64,000 bases of DNA from a virus. The translations under genes were made by a program, and so were the position numbers. Where the stretch lies: IMG/VR virus record IMGVR_UViG_3300028874_000370, positions 38,154 to 102,153 of that record, one strand, 5' to 3'. The notes below the pieces were generated by a model that made no database searches, was not told the DNA's origin, and was given only the letters and a program-made list of their open reading frames with translations. Position 1 is the first letter of the stretch. Each line of letters starts with the position of its first letter. Positions 27,388 to 37,754 of this stretch are shown here, one piece after another.

Positions 27388-30153
27388 TTATGTTGATTGG
27401 TAACTTAACTTATTTCCTTCCTTAAGCCATATCAATAGAAGGCCTAAAGCTCTTAAAATTTCACCACCCCAGAAGCCATAAAAATAAAACCCGCCGACAT
27501 AACTAGAATATGAACCACTCATATGTTGATATGTGCCTTGTTCAATAACATAAGTATCTTGTAATTGATACCAGCATCCATTAATAACTTGGATAGGAAT
27601 TCCAGTATTATCTCCAGCATTTAACATTTCTATACACCCAGCCATAAACAATGCAGTCATATGTCCAACATTAGATGGATCACTAGTTTCTGGATCTGAA
27701 GTATATCCATCATTAAATGCTGGTGCATTAGATGGAAAATCTGAAGGAGTTAATCCTCCATTATTCTGCTGAAAATTTAATAAGTAAGCTGCATAATTCT
27801 GACAAACCGTAATTAATTTTTCATTAACTGGCTGCCCCAATCTAACTTGAGTAGCCCAAAGATGACAAGCCGACCAAAATGCTCGCGCTTCATACCCACC
27901 CCATGGATAAGGACTATCTGTACCCCATGAAAATGTATCAACCGGGCCTGCACCTAAATCATCGTATCGTGGCCAAACATAAACTGGGCTGAATGGACCA
28001 AGCACCCCAATAGTAGAATGGTATGATTGTTGAGCATCATAATAAAAATCTACACAATTATCAACATATGTCGTTAAATTTTGATTAGCCCAATTAACCG
28101 GATATTGATAACCTGCATAGGGTGTTCCGCGCCAAAATTCATTTCTTCTAACTGATGGCGAATATTGGTTTGAAAATGGAACAACACCAGGAGTATAATT
28201 TAATCCTGCCGGATATTCATTTTGAATTACTACATTACCAACAGTCCATGTAAATGCATTAACATCCGAGACATGGAGATAATATGTGGTCGACCAATCG
28301 GTTGATGGGACATAATATCGTGGTAATTCGCCCCAACAATATACTGCAATTGATGCGGCATCAGCAGAATCTGTTTCGAATATTATCTGCTCCATTAATG
28401 TATTAACCGATGGAACAATTTCAGTAGGAGTCGGAGTTTGATATGGAACCAAAGTAAATTCAGACCAATCTGATGATAATGTAATAGTGGTCCATTCTGC
28501 ACTATATGGAAGTGGATACCACCATTTAACCCCTGCAGTATCAGTCAAAGTTAAATACATAGTATAAGTATTTAGACTTTTATATGTCAATGATTCAAGT
28601 GGTAATAATGTTATTGAATTATCCCAAAATCCAATCACCATACCAGAATCAACATCAGGGACAGTTAGAACACCAACCCAATCGGTATAAGTTGTTCCAT
28701 TAACAGTGAATGTTTGATATTCACTGGATCCGTATGCACTACCAAATGGAACAAAGCTCCCACCATCTAACATGACATTATCGTTACCACTAGTTGCAGT
28801 AACAGAAATCATTTGATTGAAAGGAATATTGAGAGGAGTAATAGTAGAAATTATTCCTGGATGATACGCATATCTATATTCAACTCCTGCATCATTTAAC
28901 GTAGGTTGGATTAATGTAAAAAATTGAATTCTAGCTGTGGGACTTGATAATGACATATTAACCTGCATTGATGTTTCAGCGACAATTCTATTAAAAATAG
29001 CAATCTGTTCCATAGCAACCGTTCCAGCACTAGTTCCAGTTTCGGCTGTTTTTGTAGCGACTGTGTTCCCATAAATATCACGCACCATTGTAGTAACACT
29101 AGTTGATGGACTATAATCCCACCAATATGAAATTCCATAATCAAATAATTGTCCGCCAACTTCCTGATTAAAATATGTAGTTACATCATCAACTATTGAA
29201 GCCTGAACACATGTTTCAAATGAACTTAAATAAACATTATTGTATAGTTCATTTCCGGTTGCTTGATACATCAATAAACAAATTTCGCAGAACCATTGTT
29301 CCGAGTCTATTGAATTGCCCCATTGATCTGGTGTTAATGCGCGCCATGTTGGCCATACATCAAATAATGCATTTCTTTCTATTACACCACCATCTGCAAT
29401 AACATATGCGACATTTGCAGTCCCATTATAGGTCAAATCAGATAGAACAATATTACCGACTATAGCACCTTCTGGTGTAGAGACAGAATCACCATTCGAA
29501 TCCCAGCTTCCGTTGGTCGCTGTATATGACGTAAAAGGCAAATCAACTCCGCCATCCGTTGGATTAGCTTGAACAGAAACATACCCTAATTGGCCCGTAT
29601 AGACTTGGTAAAGTCTAACTAATTGATCGCCAAACGTTGTTCCACCTGCTGGTATATTTCCTACTCCATTAGTGAATGTAACAGGGATGCCTAGATATCC
29701 AGGACTATCTGGGTTTTGGATACTGGTTGGTCCATATGCAGTAAATGGATTTTTCGCATTGATCATCCAATTAGATGCATAAACATCTGGCGGATTTGGT
29801 GGAGCTATACCGCCATAAAAATATGTAATATATGCATTAAGATATAGTTCTGCTTTAGCTAAATATGCTGGATTCCCAGTGGCCTTCCAAATATAATAAT
29901 ATCCCTGGATTAATAATGCTTGACCTTCAGTTGTTCCACATTGAGTTGGTGAATATCCTTGTGGCCCACCCTCAAAGTGGAGATTGTTTGCAATAATCCC
30001 TTGGTTATTGATAATATAAGCATTGGCTACATTATCACCATCATCATCGACATCCCCTGTTGCATTAGCTAAAAAGGTATCTAAACCATTTATAATACTC
30101 AATACATTCTGTTGATTTACATCTAGTGCAGAAGCACGCAAACTTTGTAACAT
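27388..30153 (-). CDS. putative virion glycoside hydrolase (GH8-like alpha/alpha barrel)
   Basis: GTTEGQALLI resembles the GH8 SEGQ motif; located in the fibre operon. Confidence 0.5.
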   Translation of the reverse strand: MLQSLRASALDVNQQNVLSIINGLDTFLANATGDVDDDGDNVANAYIINNQGIIANNLHFEGGPQGYSPTQCGTTEGQALLIQGYYYIWKATGNPAYLAKAELYLNAYITYFYGGIAPPNPPDVYASNWMINAKNPFTAYGPTSIQNPDSPGYLGIPVTFTNGVGNIPAGGTTFGDQLVRLYQVYTGQLGYVSVQANPTDGGVDLPFTSYTATNGSWDSNGDSVSTPEGAIVGNIVLSDLTYNGTANVAYVIADGGVIERNALFDVWPTWRALTPDQWGNSIDSEQWFCEICLLMYQATGNELYNNVYLSSFETCVQASIVDDVTTYFNQEVGGQLFDYGISYWWDYSPSTSVTTMVRDIYGNTVATKTAETGTSAGTVAMEQIAIFNRIVAETSMQVNMSLSSPTARIQFFTLIQPTLNDAGVEYRYAYHPGIISTITPLNIPFNQMISVTATSGNDNVMLDGGSFVPFGSAYGSSEYQTFTVNGTTYTDWVGVLTVPDVDSGMVIGFWDNSITLLPLESLTYKSLNTYTMYLTLTDTAGVKWWYPLPYSAEWTTITLSSDWSEFTLVPYQTPTPTEIVPSVNTLMEQIIFETDSADAASIAVYCWGELPRYYVPSTDWSTTYYLHVSDVNAFTWTVGNVVIQNEYPAGLNYTPGVVPFSNQYSPSVRRNEFWRGTPYAGYQYPVNWANQNLTTYVDNCVDFYYDAQQSYHSTIGVLGPFSPVYVWPRYDDLGAGPVDTFSWGTDSPYPWGGYEARAFWSACHLWATQVRLGQPVNEKLITVCQNYAAYLLNFQQNNGGLTPSDFPSNAPAFNDGYTSDPETSDPSNVGHMTALFMAGCIEMLNAGDNTGIPIQVINGCWYQLQDTYVIEQGTYQHMSGSYSSYVGGFYFYGFWGGEILRALGLLLIWLKEGNKLSYQST

Positions 30154-30163
30154 TAGAATATCC

Positions 30164-31801
30164 TTATGCTGGGTTTATTTGACCGACTGGAAAACCATAA
30201 TATGTAATGCCATCAAATGTCTCCCATTCAATTATGGTTTTTGAACCAACAGTAAAACCTAATATTGGTGGACCACCAACCCATAATACTGATGTTGGAT
30301 AAGTCAATAAACTTGAGCCAACGCCTTGTTCGATATATGTGGTGAATCTTTGTGTAAACCCAGAAGGAACAGAACAATTAGCAAATGCTAATACTGCAGA
30401 AGATTCATTCAATATCAAATGATAGATTGGAGTATTCAATGATAAATCTATTGTTGGGGTAGATCCAGCTGGACTTAATGTTGTTACACCGGTAAATTTG
30501 CTTGTTGTGACTTGGCCTGATGTAATAGATAATCCTGAACCAAATGATGCAACACCTAAAGAATTCGAAGTAGCAATATTAGGATTTAATACACCAAGCG
30601 GAGTCACATTCATCAATGAACCAGTAATGACACCACCAGCAGTAGCAGTAGTACCAATTGGCATAATATAGGTATATGGATTAGCACCCCAAGCATTAAA
30701 TCCTGATGGGCATGTAGTCACGAAACTTCCATCAAAATTTGCAGTCATTACACAAGCTTCATCTGTAGCAACAGCTAAATACATCAAGCCTGTATTAGTA
30801 TATGCTAGGCCGCCAGTGCCTGTACTTGGATTTGCTGTACCACTTCCATTCCATTCACCACCACTTGTGCAAAACCAAATCAATTTATTCGTGAAATCGA
30901 CAGCAACGCCAACAGTGTTTCCAACTGTTGAAAATGGAGAACCGGATCCAACCGATGTTCCATTGCGATAAATATTTCCGCTATTTTGGAATATCGCAAT
31001 AGCACCAGAAGAATCGTTATATCCTATTTGGCTAGATAATGGCTCTGTAGAAGGAGCAAGACCTATCGAACAATCACCACTAGCTGAACCACTAACAAAT
31101 TTTACTTCGGCATAATATTTACCACTATTATACCCGATAGTACTTAATACTCCGGATTGGGTTGCTATAAAAGTCGCAGTTAAATTATTATTAGAAAGAA
31201 CAATAGAAGAATTAATAGTCACTGTGCTGAATGTGACTGGGTTTGCATTGACCTCTTGAGCAATATTCGCCCAATATTCTGCTTGTGCTTCATAATTTGG
31301 AATATCTTGATTTGTCCATTCGGTCCCACTATACATCAATGCTTGGCCTGTTACAACATCAGTAATCAATACATCGCTTAATCCAGTTATTGGTGTTGAA
31401 GAAATAGACTCAACAACGAAAGCGGTTGTTGAGATCTGTGTATTGTTGGAGCTTGATATTGGAGTTGGCGCTGATGGTGTTCCAGATAATACCGGTGATG
31501 CTAAAGTGGCATATAGAGAAATGTTAATAGATGGCGTATTAACCCATTTAGTACCATTATAGATTAATGTTTCACCGGTAGTTAGTGATGTAATTGATGT
31601 ATCTGATAATGTTGCTAGTGTACTATCTCCACTAGATATCCAAGATTCGCCGTTGAAAATATATAAACCAGCAAGCCCAGAAGTCAAATAAAATAGTTCG
31701 CCAATGTCTGCACTATCAACCGTTGGAAAAGCCGGTCCGCTTTCGACTGGAGCATTCCCTAAGGTTGCTCCAGTCATAAATGAAAGTGTATCTACTAACA
31801 T
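30164..31801 (-). CDS. tail fibre with shared anchor and SPRY-like domain
   Basis: MLVDTLSF N-terminus; GKYYAEV...GVAVD SPRY-like domain paralogous to 23276-27295. Confidence 0.8.
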   Translation of the reverse strand: MLVDTLSFMTGATLGNAPVESGPAFPTVDSADIGELFYLTSGLAGLYIFNGESWISSGDSTLATLSDTSITSLTTGETLIYNGTKWVNTPSINISLYATLASPVLSGTPSAPTPISSSNNTQISTTAFVVESISSTPITGLSDVLITDVVTGQALMYSGTEWTNQDIPNYEAQAEYWANIAQEVNANPVTFSTVTINSSIVLSNNNLTATFIATQSGVLSTIGYNSGKYYAEVKFVSGSASGDCSIGLAPSTEPLSSQIGYNDSSGAIAIFQNSGNIYRNGTSVGSGSPFSTVGNTVGVAVDFTNKLIWFCTSGGEWNGSGTANPSTGTGGLAYTNTGLMYLAVATDEACVMTANFDGSFVTTCPSGFNAWGANPYTYIMPIGTTATAGGVITGSLMNVTPLGVLNPNIATSNSLGVASFGSGLSITSGQVTTSKFTGVTTLSPAGSTPTIDLSLNTPIYHLILNESSAVLAFANCSVPSGFTQRFTTYIEQGVGSSLLTYPTSVLWVGGPPILGFTVGSKTIIEWETFDGITYYGFPVGQINPA

Positions 31802-31846
31802 AATTTTCCTATAAATGTCTCTCCTATATTTATTAAATGGATGATA

Positions 31847-32083
31847 TTAGAAAGAAATTTTTTGTTGGCCTACATTAGGAATATCTCTTTGTGCCGCTTG
31901 TGTAGCAAGACGTTGCGGAAATACTCTAGTATTAAATGATCTATATGTATATCGATGTAAGTCATTAGCATCTTCAGCTACAACTTCTCCAGATCCGGTA
32001 ACTCTAACGTGTCGAACTACTAAAACGATAGGCGGATTTGTAAAAAATGGATTAGGACCCGCTGGGGTATTTGACACAGCCAT
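31847..32083 (-). CDS. hypothetical protein
   Basis: 78 aa, closely packed. Confidence 0.6.
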   Translation of the reverse strand: MAVSNTPAGPNPFFTNPPIVLVVRHVRVTGSGEVVAEDANDLHRYTYRSFNTRVFPQRLATQAAQRDIPNVGQQKISF

Positions 32084-32084
32084 A

Positions 32085-35036
32085 TTAATAAGTCTCCAAT
32101 TGAATACGAGTAAAATTGTTTGTTGTGATAGGTAATCCTGGAGTAGTCACTACACTATTTGCTGCCGGATTATTCAAATCTATAGTGGATTGCCAAGATA
32201 GATATCCTTTTTTAGCATCTTCTGATCTACAATATGCTTGTATTGTTTCACCTGCAGAACCAGCATCACAATAATTTAAACTGTATACGTCAAACACATT
32301 AGTCAATCTGAGTTCTTGTAATTGTGCATTAATAGAATCATTAAATGACAATGATGGTTCATCAGTCACTATCGAATAAACGCCGGTATTTTCATCCCAA
32401 TCTACTAACCAAGATTCAAACATAACACCATGGCATGATTGGATATAATCATTTAAATTAGTAAATCCGCGATTCGATAATAGCATAACATCTTCACCAA
32501 CGTATGATTTTAAACTATTAATCATTGAAGACATTTCACTTCCTATTGCTGGATATACATCAGCATCATCAATAGTATCCATGAAAATACCATCCATTGT
32601 GTGACCCTTCTTAGTATAGTTAATAGTCAATACTTGTCCAGATATAACAGCTGGAGTAATCCCGGTGTTAAATACAAATGCACCAGTTTTCATATCAAAA
32701 GTAAAATCAACATTTGCTGTATAAGTCACAGCATCACCCGCAGTCATAACAGAAATAGTTGCGTCCGGATCAATTGGATATTGCGCAGTATTAAATACAA
32801 ACACCGAACCAGATGAAATTGTAGCTTCAGAAACAGTGATAGATTCTCCTGTGACTATAATAGGGCCACCCAATACTGTTGGTGCATAATAAGATTGGAT
32901 TCTGCTTAACCAACCACTTGAGCTAGATTGATTTGTATAATAAGAAGCAAAGACCCCATTTTGATCTGGAGTATCCGGAGATGATATGCTAAAATCCTGA
33001 AGATATGCGCCATTTGATAAATTAGCAGCTGCCGAGTATGTAGGGCATTTAGTTCCTGTTTGAATTTGGTGAATTGGATAATATGAAGGACATGATGTAT
33101 TAACACATGCTGAATTAGCCGATGCTCGTTTCCAATTATTAGCACTAGTGAATCCCGCACCACATGCACCACCAGTAGAAAATGCTGTATATCCATCTAA
33201 GCTATCAAACTTACAAGAAGATGAACATCTTCCTAATGGTTGATAATACATTGGCTGAGATAAGGCACAAGTTTTTGTTCCTAGGATAGCTTGATTATCA
33301 TTAGCACACTCATTACATTCTCTAGATTGGAATCCACCTTTCAAATAATATCCAGCTGTTCCTCCAGGTCCTTCGCCATTTCCTACATATGGCCCTGCAG
33401 CCGAAGTAAAATCATATCGATTAGAATAGAACCCATCTTCTTCACCAAGGGAAATATACCCGAATACTTTAATACCAAGTGCTTGCCAAGCTAAAACATC
33501 AGCAGCATGAGCAGCAAATGGATCAACAATCAAAATATCATATTGAGATAAAATATCTGCAAAACCTGGTTGATAGCATACTGCAAATGTTGGAAATCTA
33601 CTTAGGACTTCAGTGTATGCTATATCAGTATTCAATTGAACTGGTGTTGCTGTTAAATTTGATGATGATTCAATTGGCTGATTGAATGTCATATTGAATT
33701 CGCCAACGGCTACACCTAAAACTGGAGTTGCGACTGGTTGTGATGCATTGATTACCAAATTAACTGTTTCTGTGATTTCGGTAAATGTTTCAGAAATAGG
33801 CCATGATGCGGATACGAAGACTACATATTCAGTCGTATCGGTTGTGGTTTTTCTAAGATGGACAGTATTTGTACCGGTACTAAAACCTGTAAAAGTCTCT
33901 GAATATAATTGATCGGCATCAGCACTACATGAAATAGAATACAATAAAGTATTAGAAGTGTTATAAATTCCTAATGTACCATATCCATAATTTTGTTCTA
34001 CTGTAATAGTCAAGGATGAACCAGGAAATGAGAATGTTAATTCATTAGTAGTGGACCCCTTTGCATCAGAATAAATTCTTGGAACTCCACCAGGTGCAGA
34101 ATTATCAATAGCCCAAGATGTTCCACCAAGAGTCAATAATGAACTATTGGCTAATAATGTCGCAGTTGAATTTTCTACTATGACCCCAGTTGGATCCGGA
34201 TATTGCCCAGACAAAGTTAATGCATAAGTGAATGCACCACTGACTTCACTCCCAGTAAAATTTGGTAATAGTTCTTGACTTGATGGTAATGAAGTTGTCA
34301 ATGCAGTATTACTTAATGTTGATAATGCTGTATTTGTTCCACTGACTAATCCAGATGGGAATGCTAATGTCACATTTTGGATAGTGTTTGGGCCCTTCAT
34401 TAAAACAGTTAGAGTAGTTTCATTTTGAGTTAGTTCATAACTTGGTGGCATGATATACATGCCCGTTTGATTAATATTTTGACTAACAAATCCAGCAGTT
34501 TTAAAACCGGCTAAAGAAAAGAAACTAGAGCCAGTTTCATTAACATAGATATCAACAGTGTGTGATGTATTTGTTAAACCATCTGCGATCAACACATCTA
34601 CATAAGCCGGACCAGGAAACCCATATGTTTCGCTATCACAACTTACGGAATTGACAGCTGTTAAAATACCTGATATACTTGTAGGTTGGACTCCATCGAT
34701 GTATACAACATGATCATTACCCCAACCATAATCGGTATTTAACCGGATTAATAATGTTGTTCCTGTAAAAGTAAAATTGACTTTACCAACTAAACAAAAT
34801 GCTCTAGGTTCTTGTTCTGAAATGGCCATAGTATTTGGCCCACTATCTGATGTCCAAGCGGCGCCATTTACTATTGTTCCACCTGGCAAGGTGAATGTTG
34901 GGCTGATCAATGATAGATTGGAATTATTTAAATTGAACCATTTGGTTCTGTTATCAATATAATTTGCGCCGACTCCATCCCAAGTTTGGTTACTTTGAAC
35001 ATATAAAACATCTGTGTAATTTACTAATGCTGTCAT
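32085..35036 (-). CDS. virion protein with PelA/GH114-like endo-alpha-1,4-polygalactosaminidase domain
   Basis: YDILIVDP, FGYISLGEE, DGIFMDTID, SNRGF, VMFES; Cys-rich insertion; N-terminal beta-sandwich modules. Confidence 0.72.
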   Translation of the reverse strand: MTALVNYTDVLYVQSNQTWDGVGANYIDNRTKWFNLNNSNLSLISPTFTLPGGTIVNGAAWTSDSGPNTMAISEQEPRAFCLVGKVNFTFTGTTLLIRLNTDYGWGNDHVVYIDGVQPTSISGILTAVNSVSCDSETYGFPGPAYVDVLIADGLTNTSHTVDIYVNETGSSFFSLAGFKTAGFVSQNINQTGMYIMPPSYELTQNETTLTVLMKGPNTIQNVTLAFPSGLVSGTNTALSTLSNTALTTSLPSSQELLPNFTGSEVSGAFTYALTLSGQYPDPTGVIVENSTATLLANSSLLTLGGTSWAIDNSAPGGVPRIYSDAKGSTTNELTFSFPGSSLTITVEQNYGYGTLGIYNTSNTLLYSISCSADADQLYSETFTGFSTGTNTVHLRKTTTDTTEYVVFVSASWPISETFTEITETVNLVINASQPVATPVLGVAVGEFNMTFNQPIESSSNLTATPVQLNTDIAYTEVLSRFPTFAVCYQPGFADILSQYDILIVDPFAAHAADVLAWQALGIKVFGYISLGEEDGFYSNRYDFTSAAGPYVGNGEGPGGTAGYYLKGGFQSRECNECANDNQAILGTKTCALSQPMYYQPLGRCSSSCKFDSLDGYTAFSTGGACGAGFTSANNWKRASANSACVNTSCPSYYPIHQIQTGTKCPTYSAAANLSNGAYLQDFSISSPDTPDQNGVFASYYTNQSSSSGWLSRIQSYYAPTVLGGPIIVTGESITVSEATISSGSVFVFNTAQYPIDPDATISVMTAGDAVTYTANVDFTFDMKTGAFVFNTGITPAVISGQVLTINYTKKGHTMDGIFMDTIDDADVYPAIGSEMSSMINSLKSYVGEDVMLLSNRGFTNLNDYIQSCHGVMFESWLVDWDENTGVYSIVTDEPSLSFNDSINAQLQELRLTNVFDVYSLNYCDAGSAGETIQAYCRSEDAKKGYLSWQSTIDLNNPAANSVVTTPGLPITTNNFTRIQLETY

Positions 35037-35773
35037 TATTGTATTTTGATTATTAGTACCGATACTGCTAAAGACATAGCATCAGCATCAATGTTTGTTA
35101 TTTGTACAAATAGATTTCCGGTACTAAGTGCAGGCACAAAGAAAGATCCAGTATCTATGTAAGTCTGTTGTGTAATTCCTGAAGCTTGGTACAATAAAGT
35201 TCCTGATGTACTACCATCATAGATACTAAGTGAATAATTTTGTGAAGTTAGTGAGTTGACTGCTCGAACCATCAATACCATGAATTTAGAAGTTAATCCA
35301 GTCGCAATGTTTCCGCTTGCAGTAATTCCGGCTGTCGCTGCAATAGTTAGTGTTTCAGTTAGATTGGTAGATTGAGGACCACCGTCTAGTTGTGTGACTA
35401 CGAACCCTGTTGTGGCTAGTTGAGAAGTATTAGTCCCAAACGCTGCTGTTGGCGCTGACGGCGTTCCCGTGAATGCAGGAGACAACAGTGGGGCTGATGT
35501 AGCCGCGTTTGCCGGGGTGAAGCCAAGTGTTGTAACAATGTCTGAAGTTTGGAGTGTAATAGCACCAATTCTATCCATGAAGGAAGTAATCAATGAAGAA
35601 GCACTGGTTTGCCAAGAAGCCCCATTAAAAATATAAAGACTGGAAGTAGATCCAGTTAAATAATATAATTCACCTATGTCTGCTGTTGATGTCGATGGAA
35701 GTGTGGAACCGCTTTCGACTGGGGCATTTCCGAGTGTTGAGCCAGTCATAAATGATAGTGTATCTACTAACAT
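35036..35773 (-). CDS. short fibre/adaptor with shared MLVDTLSF anchor
   Basis: same N-terminal ~55 aa as the other two fibres. Confidence 0.78.
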   Translation of the reverse strand: MLVDTLSFMTGSTLGNAPVESGSTLPSTSTADIGELYYLTGSTSSLYIFNGASWQTSASSLITSFMDRIGAITLQTSDIVTTLGFTPANAATSAPLLSPAFTGTPSAPTAAFGTNTSQLATTGFVVTQLDGGPQSTNLTETLTIAATAGITASGNIATGLTSKFMVLMVRAVNSLTSQNYSLSIYDGSTSGTLLYQASGITQQTYIDTGSFFVPALSTGNLFVQITNIDADAMSLAVSVLIIKIQ

Positions 35774-35829
35774 AATTTTCCTATAATGGGTAAATGAGAC
35801 GAAAACCCACCTATGTGAATAGATCGGAA

Positions 35830-35858
35830 TCGGCTTCAGTATTTATACCGGAAGCCGA
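35830..35858 (-). promoter_or_regulatory. late promoter TATAAATA in a hairpin loop
   Basis: tcggcttc-agtatttataccg-gaagccga. Confidence 0.55.
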
Positions 35859-35864
35859 CCTATT

Positions 35865-37031
35865 TTATAGTTTTGACATAGCCGTAATTACTGCACCTAT
35901 TTTTTTAGCATGCTTTGAAAAATCATCAGTGTTTTTCAGCGTTTTATTTGTTTCTCTAGAATTCAATTGGTGATATTTGTCACCAAGCATTCTTCGAAGT
36001 GGTTGAATAATTTCATCTGTTTCGGATGGCATAAATTGACGTAAAGCATCTACGCCGCCAATATCAAATTCTTCAATCTTATCAAAGTTTTTAGCATCTT
36101 CTATTTTCTTAAGTTCTTTGCCTAATGCCTTAACCATTACTAAGATCAACTTGTCTATTTTCTTTTGCATTGCTTCTGTTGATTTTTTATAAAGAATGAA
36201 GTCAAATGGGACTTTAGCATATACTTCTAATCGTAAAGAGCCATCGGTCTCGAATACTCTTTTTCTAAAATCACATGATATAGCTCTTTCAGCTAGTGTT
36301 GCGGCTGGAATAGAAAATGCTTTTTTGTTTGTATAATTAATCACCACATCGACTTGTTCAGGTGTTAATTTATTAATCCATGATCTTCTAACAAAATCAA
36401 CAAGTTTATCTAAATTCGAATTAGTTTCCTTTGCTTTTTTTAATTGCGATATAATATCTACAACTTTTTCAGGGGTATCGTATTTGCGATGGAATGGTTC
36501 AATTAATTCTTTCAATTTAATTTTGTAATGCCCATCAGGTAAAATTACTTCGTCTTCTTTAGAAAAACTACTTTTCCTTACATCACACCCGATATTTTTC
36601 CCGACTTTAGTTTCCATAACGATGCCACCATATCCAGTCATATGATCACCGCGGTCATTCATATCACGTTCAGCCTTCATCAATTCAAGAGTTGGAAAAT
36701 ATGATTTTTTAGATTTTGCAAATCCTATAGCAGTATTTAAATGCGTAGTCCATGAAGACGGTCCTTTAAAATCTACCGATCCATCTTCAATATCTTTGAG
36801 TAATTGATCATGTTGTTTTTGATTGTCAAAATGGAAGCCTCTATATAATGTTCCGCCATCATATGGATATCGTTCTATTAATGTATCAAGTGAACCATCT
36901 ATAGATGTAAATCCATCAGCCGTGTATTTGTATAGTGTTTGATCTGCATGATCAAGCTTATGATATTTGTCTTCATCAATTAATGATCCATAATTCATTT
37001 CAGCTAAAAATTGTGTTAATCTTTTTTTCAT
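35865..37031 (-). CDS. putative ADP-ribosyltransferase (N-terminal ART domain)
   Basis: TLYRG, PSSWTT, KEDEVILP; N-terminus MKKRLTQFLAE. Confidence 0.7.
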   Translation of the reverse strand: MKKRLTQFLAEMNYGSLIDEDKYHKLDHADQTLYKYTADGFTSIDGSLDTLIERYPYDGGTLYRGFHFDNQKQHDQLLKDIEDGSVDFKGPSSWTTHLNTAIGFAKSKKSYFPTLELMKAERDMNDRGDHMTGYGGIVMETKVGKNIGCDVRKSSFSKEDEVILPDGHYKIKLKELIEPFHRKYDTPEKVVDIISQLKKAKETNSNLDKLVDFVRRSWINKLTPEQVDVVINYTNKKAFSIPAATLAERAISCDFRKRVFETDGSLRLEVYAKVPFDFILYKKSTEAMQKKIDKLILVMVKALGKELKKIEDAKNFDKIEEFDIGGVDALRQFMPSETDEIIQPLRRMLGDKYHQLNSRETNKTLKNTDDFSKHAKKIGAVITAMSKL

Positions 37032-37067
37032 TTGTTTAGATTGAGTGAATGTGTGTATAGCTAGTAT

Positions 37068-37754
37068 TTACGATAAGTCTGATTTGAGAGATTTTTTAAA
37101 ATGCAAATCACCTATCATTTTTTTGAATACTTCAAAATGTTCTAATATTTGGCTTGTTGGTATTGCATAAAAATACTTGCATTCAATCATTAGCTCATGG
37201 CCTTTATCTGCGCACAATATCAAATCTTTATTATGAACAAATTCATTATCTTTAATAAAGGCTTTTACTATTTTATCTTTTGATTTTTCGGTATTATGCA
37301 TATCGAAATACAATTCGCCTTCTTGTTCATTATGGCCTAGACTAGAGTTCAAATCTTTTATTTTTTCAGCCCAGAGGAAATCAAATTTACCAATAGGAAA
37401 TATCAAATGCTTTATTCCATCTACCATTGTTGGATCACCAGAACATAATATAGCATCAGACCCAAATGCTCTTCCAAATTTGTCTGTAAAAACTTCACGA
37501 ATGGTATCTCTTATTTCTTTATCAGTCGATTCATTTTTAGGACTATGTCTGACTTTTACTTCATATTTAGGCCAAGGCGATTTAGTAAGTCCTCGATATA
37601 TAGGATGGAATTTTCCATTAGTTGCAGCTTTATGAAGAAATTGTTGACAGTCTTTTTTAACAAGATTTAATGCATCAATGAGGTGCCATTTATCTTCAGA
37701 ATCAATTTGTTTTGGCTTATCGACTTCAGTGATATATTGTTTGAATGTTTTCAT
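37068..37754 (-). CDS. capsid-targeting-tagged protein, possible divergent ART fold
   Basis: MKTFKQYITE; IYRG...ILCS...HELMI. Confidence 0.55.
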   Translation of the reverse strand: MKTFKQYITEVDKPKQIDSEDKWHLIDALNLVKKDCQQFLHKAATNGKFHPIYRGLTKSPWPKYEVKVRHSPKNESTDKEIRDTIREVFTDKFGRAFGSDAILCSGDPTMVDGIKHLIFPIGKFDFLWAEKIKDLNSSLGHNEQEGELYFDMHNTEKSKDKIVKAFIKDNEFVHNKDLILCADKGHELMIECKYFYAIPTSQILEHFEVFKKMIGDLHFKKSLKSDLS

